From Gemmatimonadales bacterium (GTDB taxonomy: Bacteria; Gemmatimonadota; Gemmatimonadetes; Gemmatimonadales; GWC2-71-9), in contig DASSUS010000093.1 of the NCBI GenBank assembly GCA_035706765.1, forward strand, positions 1 through 53,441: 53,441 nt of DNA. The letters run 5' to 3'. The translations under genes were made by a program, and so were the position numbers. A model generated the notes under the pieces. It worked only from the letters and a program-made list of their open reading frames with translations. It was not told the origin of the DNA and searched no databases. Shown piece after piece: positions 35,644-43,058 of the stretch. The stretch's first letter is position 1, and each line of letters opens with the position of its first letter.

Positions 35644-37536
35644 TCAGAGAATCATGCGCGCCGCGCGATGCGCGATCGCCATCACTGTCAGCATGGGATT
35701 CACTCCGGACGCGCTAGGGAAGGTGCTCGCGTCCGCTACGTACAGGTTTCGTATACCCCAAACCCGGTTTTCGGCATCCACCACGGAGCTGCGCCTGTTC
35801 GCCCCCATCCGGCAGGACGACATCTGATGAAAGGTGACCAGCAGCAGCTCGTTCGGCCCCCACCCGGCGGCGTCGACGCGGCGCAGCCAGTCCGCGCGCG
35901 CATTTTCACCGGGGCGATAGCGAAGATCGCGCGCGAGCGGCACCCAGATCTGCCGCGCGTCCGCCGCTTCCATGAGCTCGGCCGCCGCGGCGAGCGCCCG
36001 GCGCAGGTGCGCGCGGTCGTAGCGTGAAAGACGGTAATCGATTACGGGCGTCCCGTCGCGGTCGACGCTCACGCGACCCCCAAAGCGGTCGCGGAGCAGA
36101 ATCCCGACCAGCGCGGTCCGGGGTAGCTGTGCCATGCGCTCGCGATGCTGTGCCGCCGATTCCCAGGGCGCCGCAAGCGCCAGCAGCGACGGATGTACCG
36201 GTGCGGTCTCGAACTTGAACCCATAGCCCTGGTGCAGGTCGGCGAATTGATCCGAGTAATGCGCCTGGACCGTGCCGGTCCACGGGCGGACGTCCTCATC
36301 CATTTCGGCCAGCACGGCGGTGGCTGGGTGGAGCGCCAGATGCCGCCCCAGCGCCGGCAGCCGCACGCCCGATCGGAGCAGGAGCGCGGGCGAGTGGATC
36401 GATCCTCCCGCCACTACCACGGTTTTGGCACGAACCGTTAGCGCAAACCGGCCCACCTGTGCTTCGACGCCGGTCGCCGTGCCGCGCTCGATCAGCACGC
36501 GTCGTACGTCGCAGTTCACCACCATGCGCGCGCCGTGGTTCGCGGCATCCTGCAGATAGGTGATCAGCGTCGACTGCTTCGCGCCGCGACGACACCCAAA
36601 TCCGCAGTAGCCGCACGAATCATCCTGCGTGCAGCCCCTGACGTCGCGCGGCAGGAGCCCGTGGTGCCAGCCGAGCTGCTCCAGACCGCGAATCAGGACG
36701 CGGTCGCGCCCGGAGGGCTTCGCGTGATCGGTGTTTACGCCGATGCGATTGCCGACCTTGTGCAGCGACACATTGAACTCTTTGCTCTCGAAGTGCGGCA
36801 GCCCGTGCTTGGTGGCCCATTCGTGCCGGACCGACGGCGGAGTGGGGAAGCTGGTGGTGTAGTTGATCACGGTGCCGCCGCCGAGCGTCGCGCCCTGAAG
36901 CACGACGAGGCCGAGGTCGCGCGTCGCGAGCAGGCCCGCGGCGTCGTACATCGATTCCAGCGCCTCACCTTCGACGTGCGTGAAATCGGCTTCGTTGCGA
37001 TAGCCGCCCTTCTCCAGCACGATGACGTCTTTGCCGCCCGCGGCGAGCTCGGCGGCGACAACGCCACCCCCGGCGCCCGAGCCGACGACGACGACGTCGC
37101 AATCGAGCAAGGTGCGGCCGGTGATGGTCAGCGGCCGAATCGATTTCGCGGTGTTGGGGGGAGGTCCCAGAGGACCGGGATACCCGATCGCGCGCGCCGT
37201 CCCCGGCGTGGTGTAGTGCGTCACGGTGGTCAGGCGCTTGAGCGCCTGAAACGCCTTGCGGCGTTGCGGCAGGCGGCTCAACGCCCAGCCGCGCAGGCAG
37301 CGCTCGCGCTGGGCCGGCGACATCCGGGTGAACGGCCGGGGCATGCCGCTGAGCAGCAGGTTCAGGACGCGCGATTCGAGCGCGCGAAGCAGCAGGTCGA
37401 GCTCGGCGCGATCGGCGGCGCGTGGCAACGACGCAACTTTCTGCGCAACGCGGTCGCCCAGCTCCGCGGGCGCGTCGGTCACGATGGTGGCCGCGACCGC
37501 CCGCAGCACGCGCAGCGCGGCGGGCGACAGGCTCAA
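35644..37536 (-). CDS. GMC family FAD oxidoreductase with an N-terminal extension
   Basis: Contains CDVVVVGSGAGGGVVAAELAAGGKDVIVLEKGG and the C-terminal part GANRRSSVVD...NLYVADASTFPSASGVNP. The proposed TTG start at 37536 overlaps the upstream stop (TTGA). The 722-aa ORF-track version would overlap the VOC gene. The start is uncertain. Confidence 0.75.
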   Translation of the reverse strand: MSLSPAALRVLRAVAATIVTDAPAELGDRVAQKVASLPRAADRAELDLLLRALESRVLNLLLSGMPRPFTRMSPAQRERCLRGWALSRLPQRRKAFQALKRLTTVTHYTTPGTARAIGYPGPLGPPPNTAKSIRPLTITGRTLLDCDVVVVGSGAGGGVVAAELAAGGKDVIVLEKGGYRNEADFTHVEGEALESMYDAAGLLATRDLGLVVLQGATLGGGTVINYTTSFPTPPSVRHEWATKHGLPHFESKEFNVSLHKVGNRIGVNTDHAKPSGRDRVLIRGLEQLGWHHGLLPRDVRGCTQDDSCGYCGFGCRRGAKQSTLITYLQDAANHGARMVVNCDVRRVLIERGTATGVEAQVGRFALTVRAKTVVVAGGSIHSPALLLRSGVRLPALGRHLALHPATAVLAEMDEDVRPWTGTVQAHYSDQFADLHQGYGFKFETAPVHPSLLALAAPWESAAQHRERMAQLPRTALVGILLRDRFGGRVSVDRDGTPVIDYRLSRYDRAHLRRALAAAAELMEAADARQIWVPLARDLRYRPGENARADWLRRVDAAGWGPNELLLVTFHQMSSCRMGANRRSSVVDAENRVWGIRNLYVADASTFPSASGVNPMLTVMAIAHRAARMIL

Positions 37537-37994
37537 CGCACCTGCGCGATCGTCAACTTGAACCCGTCGGGATCGGTGATCATGAACACCCGCTGGCCCC
37601 ACGGCATATCGGCCGGCTCCTGATCGAGTGTGCCGCCGCGCGCCTTGATCTCGGCGGCGAGCCGATCGATGTCCTGGGCCGTGGAGACGTGCAGCCGGGT
37701 GCCGATTCCCTTCTGACGATCCCGGCCCTTGGCGAAGTCGTCCTGCATGAGCATGAACAACACGGCGCCGGCGCGCATCTCGCAACCCTGCAGCACGCCG
37801 TTCTCGCGCCACTCGTCACCGACCACGAAGCCGAGCACGTCGCGATAGAACGCGATGCTGCGCTGGAGATCGGTGGCGGTGAAGGAGGGAGAGACGTCGC
37901 GCAGCCGCAACGTTTCCGGTTGACGGCGTCCGGGTGGGCGTGAGCCCCTGGATTTCGACTTGGCCGGCTTGCGCGCCTTTTTCTTGGCAGGCAT
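37533..37994 (-). CDS. VOC (glyoxalase/bleomycin-resistance) family protein with a Lys/Arg-rich N-terminal tail
   Basis: The ATG at 37994 gives MPAKKKARKPAKSKSRGSRPPGRR..., followed by SIAFYRDVLGF...GTRLHVSTAQDIDRLAAEIKARGG...PWGQRVFMITDPDGFKLTI. Confidence 0.8.
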   Translation of the reverse strand: MPAKKKARKPAKSKSRGSRPPGRRQPETLRLRDVSPSFTATDLQRSIAFYRDVLGFVVGDEWRENGVLQGCEMRAGAVLFMLMQDDFAKGRDRQKGIGTRLHVSTAQDIDRLAAEIKARGGTLDQEPADMPWGQRVFMITDPDGFKLTIAQVR

Positions 37995-38093
37995 CGGATT
38001 AGCTCCCGAAACGTTGGGGTGTGAAAGCGTAGCGAACGGCCGGGGGTCTCGCCAGATTCCCCATTCCCGAGAACCTCCAACTGAGGACTGATC

Positions 38094-38522
38094 ATGGCCA
38101 CGAGCAACGCCGTTGCGACCTGGGAAGGCAAACTCAAAGAAGGAAAGGGGACGTTCAAGGCGCAAAGTGGCGCTTTTAGCGGGGCCTTCAGCTTCGGCAC
38201 CCGATTCGAGGGGAAAAAGGGCTCGAATCCCGAGGAGCTGCTCGCAGCGGCCCATGCTGGGTGCTTCAGCATGGCGCTCTCGGCGGCGCTCGAAAAAGCC
38301 GGTCATCCCGTATCGCGAATCGAGACTCGCGCCGCCGTCACGATCGAGACGGTGGACGGCGCGCCCAAGGTGACCAAAAGCGAGCTCGACGTGCGCGGCA
38401 AAGTCGAGGGGATCGACCAGGCGGCCTTCGAGCAGGCGGCCGAGGGCGCGAAGAAAAACTGCCCGATCTCAAAGGCGATTCAAAACAACGTCAATATCAC
38501 GATGCAGGCGAAGCTTGTCTGA
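38094..38522 (+). CDS. osmC: OsmC family peroxiredoxin
   Basis: Contains NPEELLAAAHAGCFSMAL and KNCPISKA (two conserved Cys). Confidence 0.9.
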   Translation: MATSNAVATWEGKLKEGKGTFKAQSGAFSGAFSFGTRFEGKKGSNPEELLAAAHAGCFSMALSAALEKAGHPVSRIETRAAVTIETVDGAPKVTKSELDVRGKVEGIDQAAFEQAAEGAKKNCPISKAIQNNVNITMQAKLV

Positions 38523-39783
38523 TGCCACGCTGCTCGTCGACGCCGAGCAGTAGAGCGGCGCCGACGAGGAAGAAGAGCAGAATCGTCGCCACGCCGGCGC
38601 GCTGGCTGTGAAAGATTTGAGTCACGGCACCCAGTAGCGCCGGTCCCGCGAACGCCGTCAGCCGTCCCGAGAACGCGAAGAATCCGAAGAATTCGTTTTC
38701 GTTTCCGCGCGGCGCAAAACGCGCCATCAGCGAGCGGCTCGCCGACTGGTTGGGGCCGGCGAAGACGCCGATCAGCATCCCCGCCACCCAAAACCAGCCC
38801 CGGGTGGGCGCCCACACCGCGAGCGCCGTAGCGGCCGCGAGGGCAACGCAGCTCGCGAGGACGGTGCGCTTGCCGCCGATTTTGTCGTCCACGAACCCGA
38901 ACAGAAACGCGCCCGCGCCGGCGGCCACGTTGATCGCGATGCCGAATTGAATCACTTCGGCCAGGGTCATGCCGAATGTGCCGGCGGCATAGATGCCGCC
39001 GAACGCGAACACGGTGATCAGCCCGTCGTTGAACAGGAGCCGCGATACGACGAACAGCGCGGCGTCCCGGTATCGCCGCACGTTGCGCAGCGTGGTCGCC
39101 AGCTCGCGAAAGGCCGTGGTAATCCCCACCGGTCCCGCCGGTCGTCGTTCCTCGCGCAGCGTCAGAAACAGCGGTATCGAAAAGATCGCGAGCCAGCCGG
39201 CGGCGAGCAGGCACGTCGCCCGGATGTGAAAACCCGCCTCACGCGAAATGCCGAGCCATGGTGTCCTGGCCTGCACCAGACCGACGAGCGCGATGACGAG
39301 CGCCACGAGGCCACCCGCGTACCCGAGGGCCCATCCGAAGCCGGATACTCGCCCCAGCTGCCCGGGTGGTGCGACGGTGGGCAGCAGGGCGTTGTAGAAC
39401 TGCATCCCCAGCTCAAAGCCGATATCGGCCAGCACGAATAGCGTGAGCGCGAGCATCGCGGCGCTTGCGGACCCGGGCGCGACAAAGGCGAGAGCTCCCG
39501 TCGCCAGCGCGCACAGCGCCGTGGTCATGCCGAGGAAGCGCAGGCGCAGGCCGCCGCGGTCGGCGATCGCCCCCAGGGGAGGGGCGAGGAGCGCGACGCT
39601 GATGCCGGCGAGCGCGACCGCCCGTGACCACCACGCGGTTCCGGTGACGATGTCGGGCGCGAAGCTCTGGGCAAAGTACGCCGAGTAGACGAAGGTGACG
39701 ACGAGCGTGGTGTACGGCGAATTCGCCCAGTCGAACAGACACCACGCGAGAATGCGGCGGCGCTCGTGCGTCACGGGCGGCAA
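38497..39783 (-). CDS. MFS transporter, UMF1/Atg22-like family
   Basis: The N-terminal part ILAWCLFDWANSPYTTLVVTFVYSAYF is typical of UMF1. About 12 hydrophobic segments. Confidence 0.8.
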   Translation of the reverse strand: MPPVTHERRRILAWCLFDWANSPYTTLVVTFVYSAYFAQSFAPDIVTGTAWWSRAVALAGISVALLAPPLGAIADRGGLRLRFLGMTTALCALATGALAFVAPGSASAAMLALTLFVLADIGFELGMQFYNALLPTVAPPGQLGRVSGFGWALGYAGGLVALVIALVGLVQARTPWLGISREAGFHIRATCLLAAGWLAIFSIPLFLTLREERRPAGPVGITTAFRELATTLRNVRRYRDAALFVVSRLLFNDGLITVFAFGGIYAAGTFGMTLAEVIQFGIAINVAAGAGAFLFGFVDDKIGGKRTVLASCVALAAATALAVWAPTRGWFWVAGMLIGVFAGPNQSASRSLMARFAPRGNENEFFGFFAFSGRLTAFAGPALLGAVTQIFHSQRAGVATILLFFLVGAALLLGVDEQRGIRQASPAS

Positions 39784-39820
39784 AATGGCGCGCGTTTTGG
39801 GCCGCGGCTAGTTTGGAAAG

Positions 39821-40069
39821 GTGTCCTGGATGGTCTACCTCCTCCGCTGCCGTGACGGCTCGCTGTATACCGGCATCACCAACGACTTGCAGCGGCGCCT
39901 CGAGTCGCACGCGCGCGGGACGGCGAGCGCCTACACCCGCTCCCGCCGGCCTCTCATCCTGGCGTATCGGGAAGAGCAGCCCGACCGCGGTTCGGCGCTG
40001 AAACGCGAAGCGGCAATTCGTCGCCTTTCTCGAGCCGAAAAGCTGGCCCTGTGCAGCGACGCGACCTGA
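39821..40069 (+). CDS. GIY-YIG nuclease-domain protein (UPF0213-type, 82 aa)
   Basis: Contains WMVYLLRCRDGSLYTGITNDLQRRLESH and ALKREAAIRRLSRAEKLAL. Confidence 0.85.
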   Translation: MSWMVYLLRCRDGSLYTGITNDLQRRLESHARGTASAYTRSRRPLILAYREEQPDRGSALKREAAIRRLSRAEKLALCSDAT

Positions 40070-40674
40070 CCCTCGCCGCAGTGGCGGTGCTCGTCGCCTC
40101 GATCTGCGTCGCCGCGGGGATCTGGCAGCTGAGTCGGCTGCGGCAGCGGCGAGCCCACAATGCCGCCCTGGCGGAGCGACTCGCCCGCCCGCCGCTCGAG
40201 CTGCGAGCCGGGATCTCGGCCGACAGCGCGCGGCAGCGGAGGGTCGTGGGACAGGGGGTCTACGATTTTTCGCGCGAGCGCACCTGGCCCGGGAGAAGCT
40301 TCGAGGGGACTCCGGGGGTGGCGCTGATCACGCCGTTCCGTCTGGCTGATGGCGCGGTGGTGCTCGTCGATCGCGGCTGGGCGCCCTCGCCTGACGCGTA
40401 TCACGTGGACCACGACGCGTTCCGGGAAGCGGACAGCGCGCGAATCGAGGGCCTGGCCCTGGTGCCCCCGCGCGGCCGCGGTGACGTCGATCCCACGGGG
40501 TTCCTTCCGTTCGTCGTCCAGCTGCAGTCACCCGAGCCGCCGCGCGGGCTGCCGCGACGCTGGCCGCCGCCCGCGTTCGACGACGGACCGCACCTGTCGT
40601 ATGTGATTCAGTGGTTCAGCTTCGCGCTGATCGCTCTGGTGGGGACGGCCGTATTGATTCGTAAAGGTCGTTGA
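40051..40674 (+). CDS. SURF1 family protein
   Basis: N-terminal TM plus GIWQLSRLRQRRAHNA. The C-terminal part has GPHLSYVIQWFSFALIALVG. Confidence 0.85.
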   Translation: MQRRDLTLAAVAVLVASICVAAGIWQLSRLRQRRAHNAALAERLARPPLELRAGISADSARQRRVVGQGVYDFSRERTWPGRSFEGTPGVALITPFRLADGAVVLVDRGWAPSPDAYHVDHDAFREADSARIEGLALVPPRGRGDVDPTGFLPFVVQLQSPEPPRGLPRRWPPPAFDDGPHLSYVIQWFSFALIALVGTAVLIRKGR

Positions 40675-41515
40675 GCAGCTCGGCGCCGCGCTCGAGCCGC
40701 GCGGCATCACGCGTGTTGCGCTTCACGAGGCCGTCGATCAGACGCGCGAATCCTGCCGTTTCTTCGCGACCGAACTTCTCGTCCTTCACGTCGACGTCGT
40801 GCACCATTTCTCCGATGGCCCGGAGCGCGTCGTCCTGCTCCAACCCAAAGCGCTGGAGCAGCGTCTCGAAGGTGCAGCGATCGCCTTCGTGCGTGTAATC
40901 GCCATCGAACATGTCGAAGGAGACCGCCCCATCCCGGGCCTCACCGAAGACAAATCGGGCCTTGGGGTCGATGAAACGCTTGATCAGCCAGGCGCTGGCG
41001 ATCCGATCGACGTACACGTCGGGTCGCGTGACCCAGGTCTGACCGCGCACCTGGTTCGCGGTGCCGCGGCGCGTGCCGCGATGGGCTTTGAGTTTTGCCA
41101 CTGCTGCCTCCGCTGTCTTGCGGCCGCCGGCCCCGAAGTGGTCGAGCGCGGCGATGTCGCGCAGCCGGCGCTCGAGCCTGGACGCGTCCGCCCCCGCTTC
41201 AGTCTTTTCGGCGGCACGCGTGACTTCGGCATACTCGGCGTCGCGCGCGCCCCGGAACAACGCCTCGATCTGTGAATCGGTCAGACCATCCACGAAAGCG
41301 GCCCGGCAGACCGATGCCTCTCCGCCGCCCGCGCTGATTTCCTGGCGCAGCCACTGAAAGTCCTCCGTGGCCTGCTCGCTGAAGGGCAGGGCGTACACCG
41401 AATTCTTGATCGGAATCGCGCCGAGCGCCTGCAACCGGCGCCAGATCTTGACCCGGAAGTAATCGGGCTTGGGCGGCAGCTGGTGAATGAGGAGCAGCCA
41501 GCGGCCCTCCTTCAT
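40616..41515 (-). CDS. chrB: ChrB-domain (chromate-resistance regulator-like) protein
   Basis: The start at MKEGRW (ATG 41515) overlaps the upstream stop (ATGA). Contains WLLLIHQLPPKPDYFRVKIWRRLQALGAIPIKNSVYALP and DRIASAWLIKRFIDP. Confidence 0.8.
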   Translation of the reverse strand: MKEGRWLLLIHQLPPKPDYFRVKIWRRLQALGAIPIKNSVYALPFSEQATEDFQWLRQEISAGGGEASVCRAAFVDGLTDSQIEALFRGARDAEYAEVTRAAEKTEAGADASRLERRLRDIAALDHFGAGGRKTAEAAVAKLKAHRGTRRGTANQVRGQTWVTRPDVYVDRIASAWLIKRFIDPKARFVFGEARDGAVSFDMFDGDYTHEGDRCTFETLLQRFGLEQDDALRAIGEMVHDVDVKDEKFGREETAGFARLIDGLVKRNTRDAARLERGAELLNDLYESIRPSPPERSARS

Positions 41516-42048
41516 AGCCAGAAATTCCGCATCTGCGATCCGATCGGCGCCCCCCACGGTGCCGCATCGGCGCCGAACGCTCCCGTGACGGGGTCGTAGA
41601 AGTGTTTGCTCGCGACCACGGCCGTCACGGCGGCGATTTCGGCTTCGCTCAAGTGCTGGCGCGCCCGAGTGAGGGGCTCGAGCGGCATACCGTTTTTCTC
41701 ATGGGCATCGCTGTAGCGAGTCACCGCGTCGGTGAAACGCAGCGCGGCGCGCTCGCGATTGCTGAACAGCGCGCTCGTTTCGTAGCGCGGCAGCGCCCGA
41801 AGCGCATCGAGCGGAAGCTGCGCGTCGCGCCACAGATGACGACCGCGCTCGATGCACCAGCGGCATCCACTCCGCTCGGCGGCGAGTTGAATGACGAGCA
41901 TGCGGAGGCGCGGCTCGAGGTCGGCACTCTGGTCGCGATAACGGCCGAGGGCGGCGTATGCGGGGAGGAGCCGCGTAGTGGGGAGTGGGGCGCCGGGGTT
42001 GGGGCGCCGGAAGAAGAGTCTGAGAATGCTGCGTACAAGTGAAGCCAT
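41512..42048 (-). CDS. carboxymuconolactone decarboxylase (AhpD-like) family protein
   Basis: Contains AAERSGCRWCIERGRHL (CxxC-type AhpD-like core) and ALRFTDAVT. I prefer the ATG at 42048 (MASLVR) over the GTG at 42069, which lies inside a palindrome. Confidence 0.7.
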   Translation of the reverse strand: MASLVRSILRLFFRRPNPGAPLPTTRLLPAYAALGRYRDQSADLEPRLRMLVIQLAAERSGCRWCIERGRHLWRDAQLPLDALRALPRYETSALFSNRERAALRFTDAVTRYSDAHEKNGMPLEPLTRARQHLSEAEIAAVTAVVASKHFYDPVTGAFGADAAPWGAPIGSQMRNFWL

Positions 42049-42052
42049 TAGA

Positions 42053-42068
42053 TGATACAACTGTATCA
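42053..42068. promoter_or_regulatory. perfect 16-bp palindrome TGATACA-AC-TGTATCA in a locally AT-rich divergent intergenic region
   Basis: Read directly from the sequence. A further TGTATCA half-site lies at 42108-42114. The region 42049-42212 is visibly less GC-rich than its surroundings. Confidence 0.5.
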
Positions 42069-42212
42069 CGGCAGTAAGCCTCCTCGCAAGCCCTCACCGC
42101 TCGGCGGTGTATCAAATGTGACCGTTGGGGCGGCAGAACTACCGTTTTCACCTGCATTTAGCGATATTGCCCGACCCCTAAAAAAACGGCAACAGGCAAC
42201 AAAGGAGCCTAC

Positions 42213-42890
42213 ATGGCGGCTGCCCTCCCCCTGAAGCGTCCCGTCAAGGTTGGAGAGTTGGTTCGGCGCCGGCTGCGCGAGCTCAAGCGCACGCCGCGTG
42301 AGTTGGCGGAAGCGGTTCAGGTGTCTGAGATCTATATCGCTGACCTCGTCGCCGGACGGCGGCGTCCCCCGGCCCCGGGCCGCATGGACGTCTACGCGCC
42401 GATGACCAAGTTCCTCAAGCTGCACCGCAACGATCTTCCGACGTGCGCCAAGGCGGAGCGCGACGGCGAGACCAAGAGTAAGCGCCGGCCGCATCCCGAG
42501 ATCCGGCAGCAGTTCCTGGCGCTGCATCTCGATCCGGCGCGGGGCCGGGCGCTCGCCCGCCGCCTCGCCCGCAAGGATGGCGTGATGTTGGAGCGCATCA
42601 TCGTGGGCCGGCTGCTCGAGGTGGCTCAGGGCTTTGTGCGGCGCCAGCTCGACGACGATGTGGGCATCCGCATCGCGGCGAGCCGCGACGGATGCACCTA
42701 CCTCGAGATGCGCATGAAGCTGATGGAATTCCTCGACGCGACGCCCGAAGGGCTCACGCCAGAAGATGGTGAGGAATTTGTCAGGCCTCGCATCGCGGGT
42801 TGGGACATCGATCTCGACACGCATGCGATGCGAATCGTGCTCCGCTCGCAGGATCCTGCGCCGAGACAGGTGAGGGCCTTGAGTATTTGA
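42213..42890 (+). CDS. hypothetical protein with an N-terminal XRE-like helix-turn-helix
   Basis: The ATG follows AAGGAG by 6 nt. VGELVRRRLRELKRTPRELAEAVQVSEIYIADLVAGRR looks like an HTH_3/XRE motif. I do not recognise the C-terminal ~160 aa. Confidence 0.6.
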   Translation: MAAALPLKRPVKVGELVRRRLRELKRTPRELAEAVQVSEIYIADLVAGRRRPPAPGRMDVYAPMTKFLKLHRNDLPTCAKAERDGETKSKRRPHPEIRQQFLALHLDPARGRALARRLARKDGVMLERIIVGRLLEVAQGFVRRQLDDDVGIRIAASRDGCTYLEMRMKLMEFLDATPEGLTPEDGEEFVRPRIAGWDIDLDTHAMRIVLRSQDPAPRQVRALSI

Positions 42891-43004
42891 CGGTGAGGAA
42901 AAGACGGTAGGAGACGGTAGAAGACGGTAAAGGGAAAACCCTTTACCGTCTTTTTCTTACCGTCCCCTACCGTCCCTTACCGTCTCTTACCGTCCCCTAC
43001 CGCC
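42889..43004. repeat. GACGGTA-unit inverted array (4 left units, 6 right units, 10-nt spacing)
   Basis: Left units: gacggtg 42889-95 (overlaps the stop TGA at 42888-90) and gacggta at 42903, 42913 and 42923. Right units: taccgtc at 42944, 42958, 42968, 42978 and 42988, and taccgcc at 42998. Confidence 0.9.
42921..42958 (+). terminator. intrinsic-terminator-like core of the array: 14-bp perfect stem, AAAA loop, U-rich tail
   Basis: aagacggtaaaggg (42921-34) pairs with ccctttaccgtctt (42939-52). The loop is aaaa, followed by tttctt. Confidence 0.65.
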
Positions 43005-43058
43005 CTCTTTAGTTTCAACCCCGTTCCAGCACGCCGTCGTTCCTCATCCGGAGATCCC

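Noticed and set aside
39821-40069. GIY-YIG protein as evidence of a homing endonuclease or mobile element
   Set aside because: It is the small stand-alone UPF0213-type GIY-YIG protein, with no intein, intron, inverted repeats or integrase nearby. It overlaps SURF1 in an ordinary operon-like arrangement.
42052-42234. 60-aa plus-strand ORF (MIQLYH...) and the GTG-42069 start of the AhpD-like gene (also MIQLYH...)
   Set aside because: The identical N-termini on both strands are a by-product of the 16-bp palindrome. The small ORF has no ribosome-binding site. The ATG at 42048 gives a cleaner start for the minus-strand gene.
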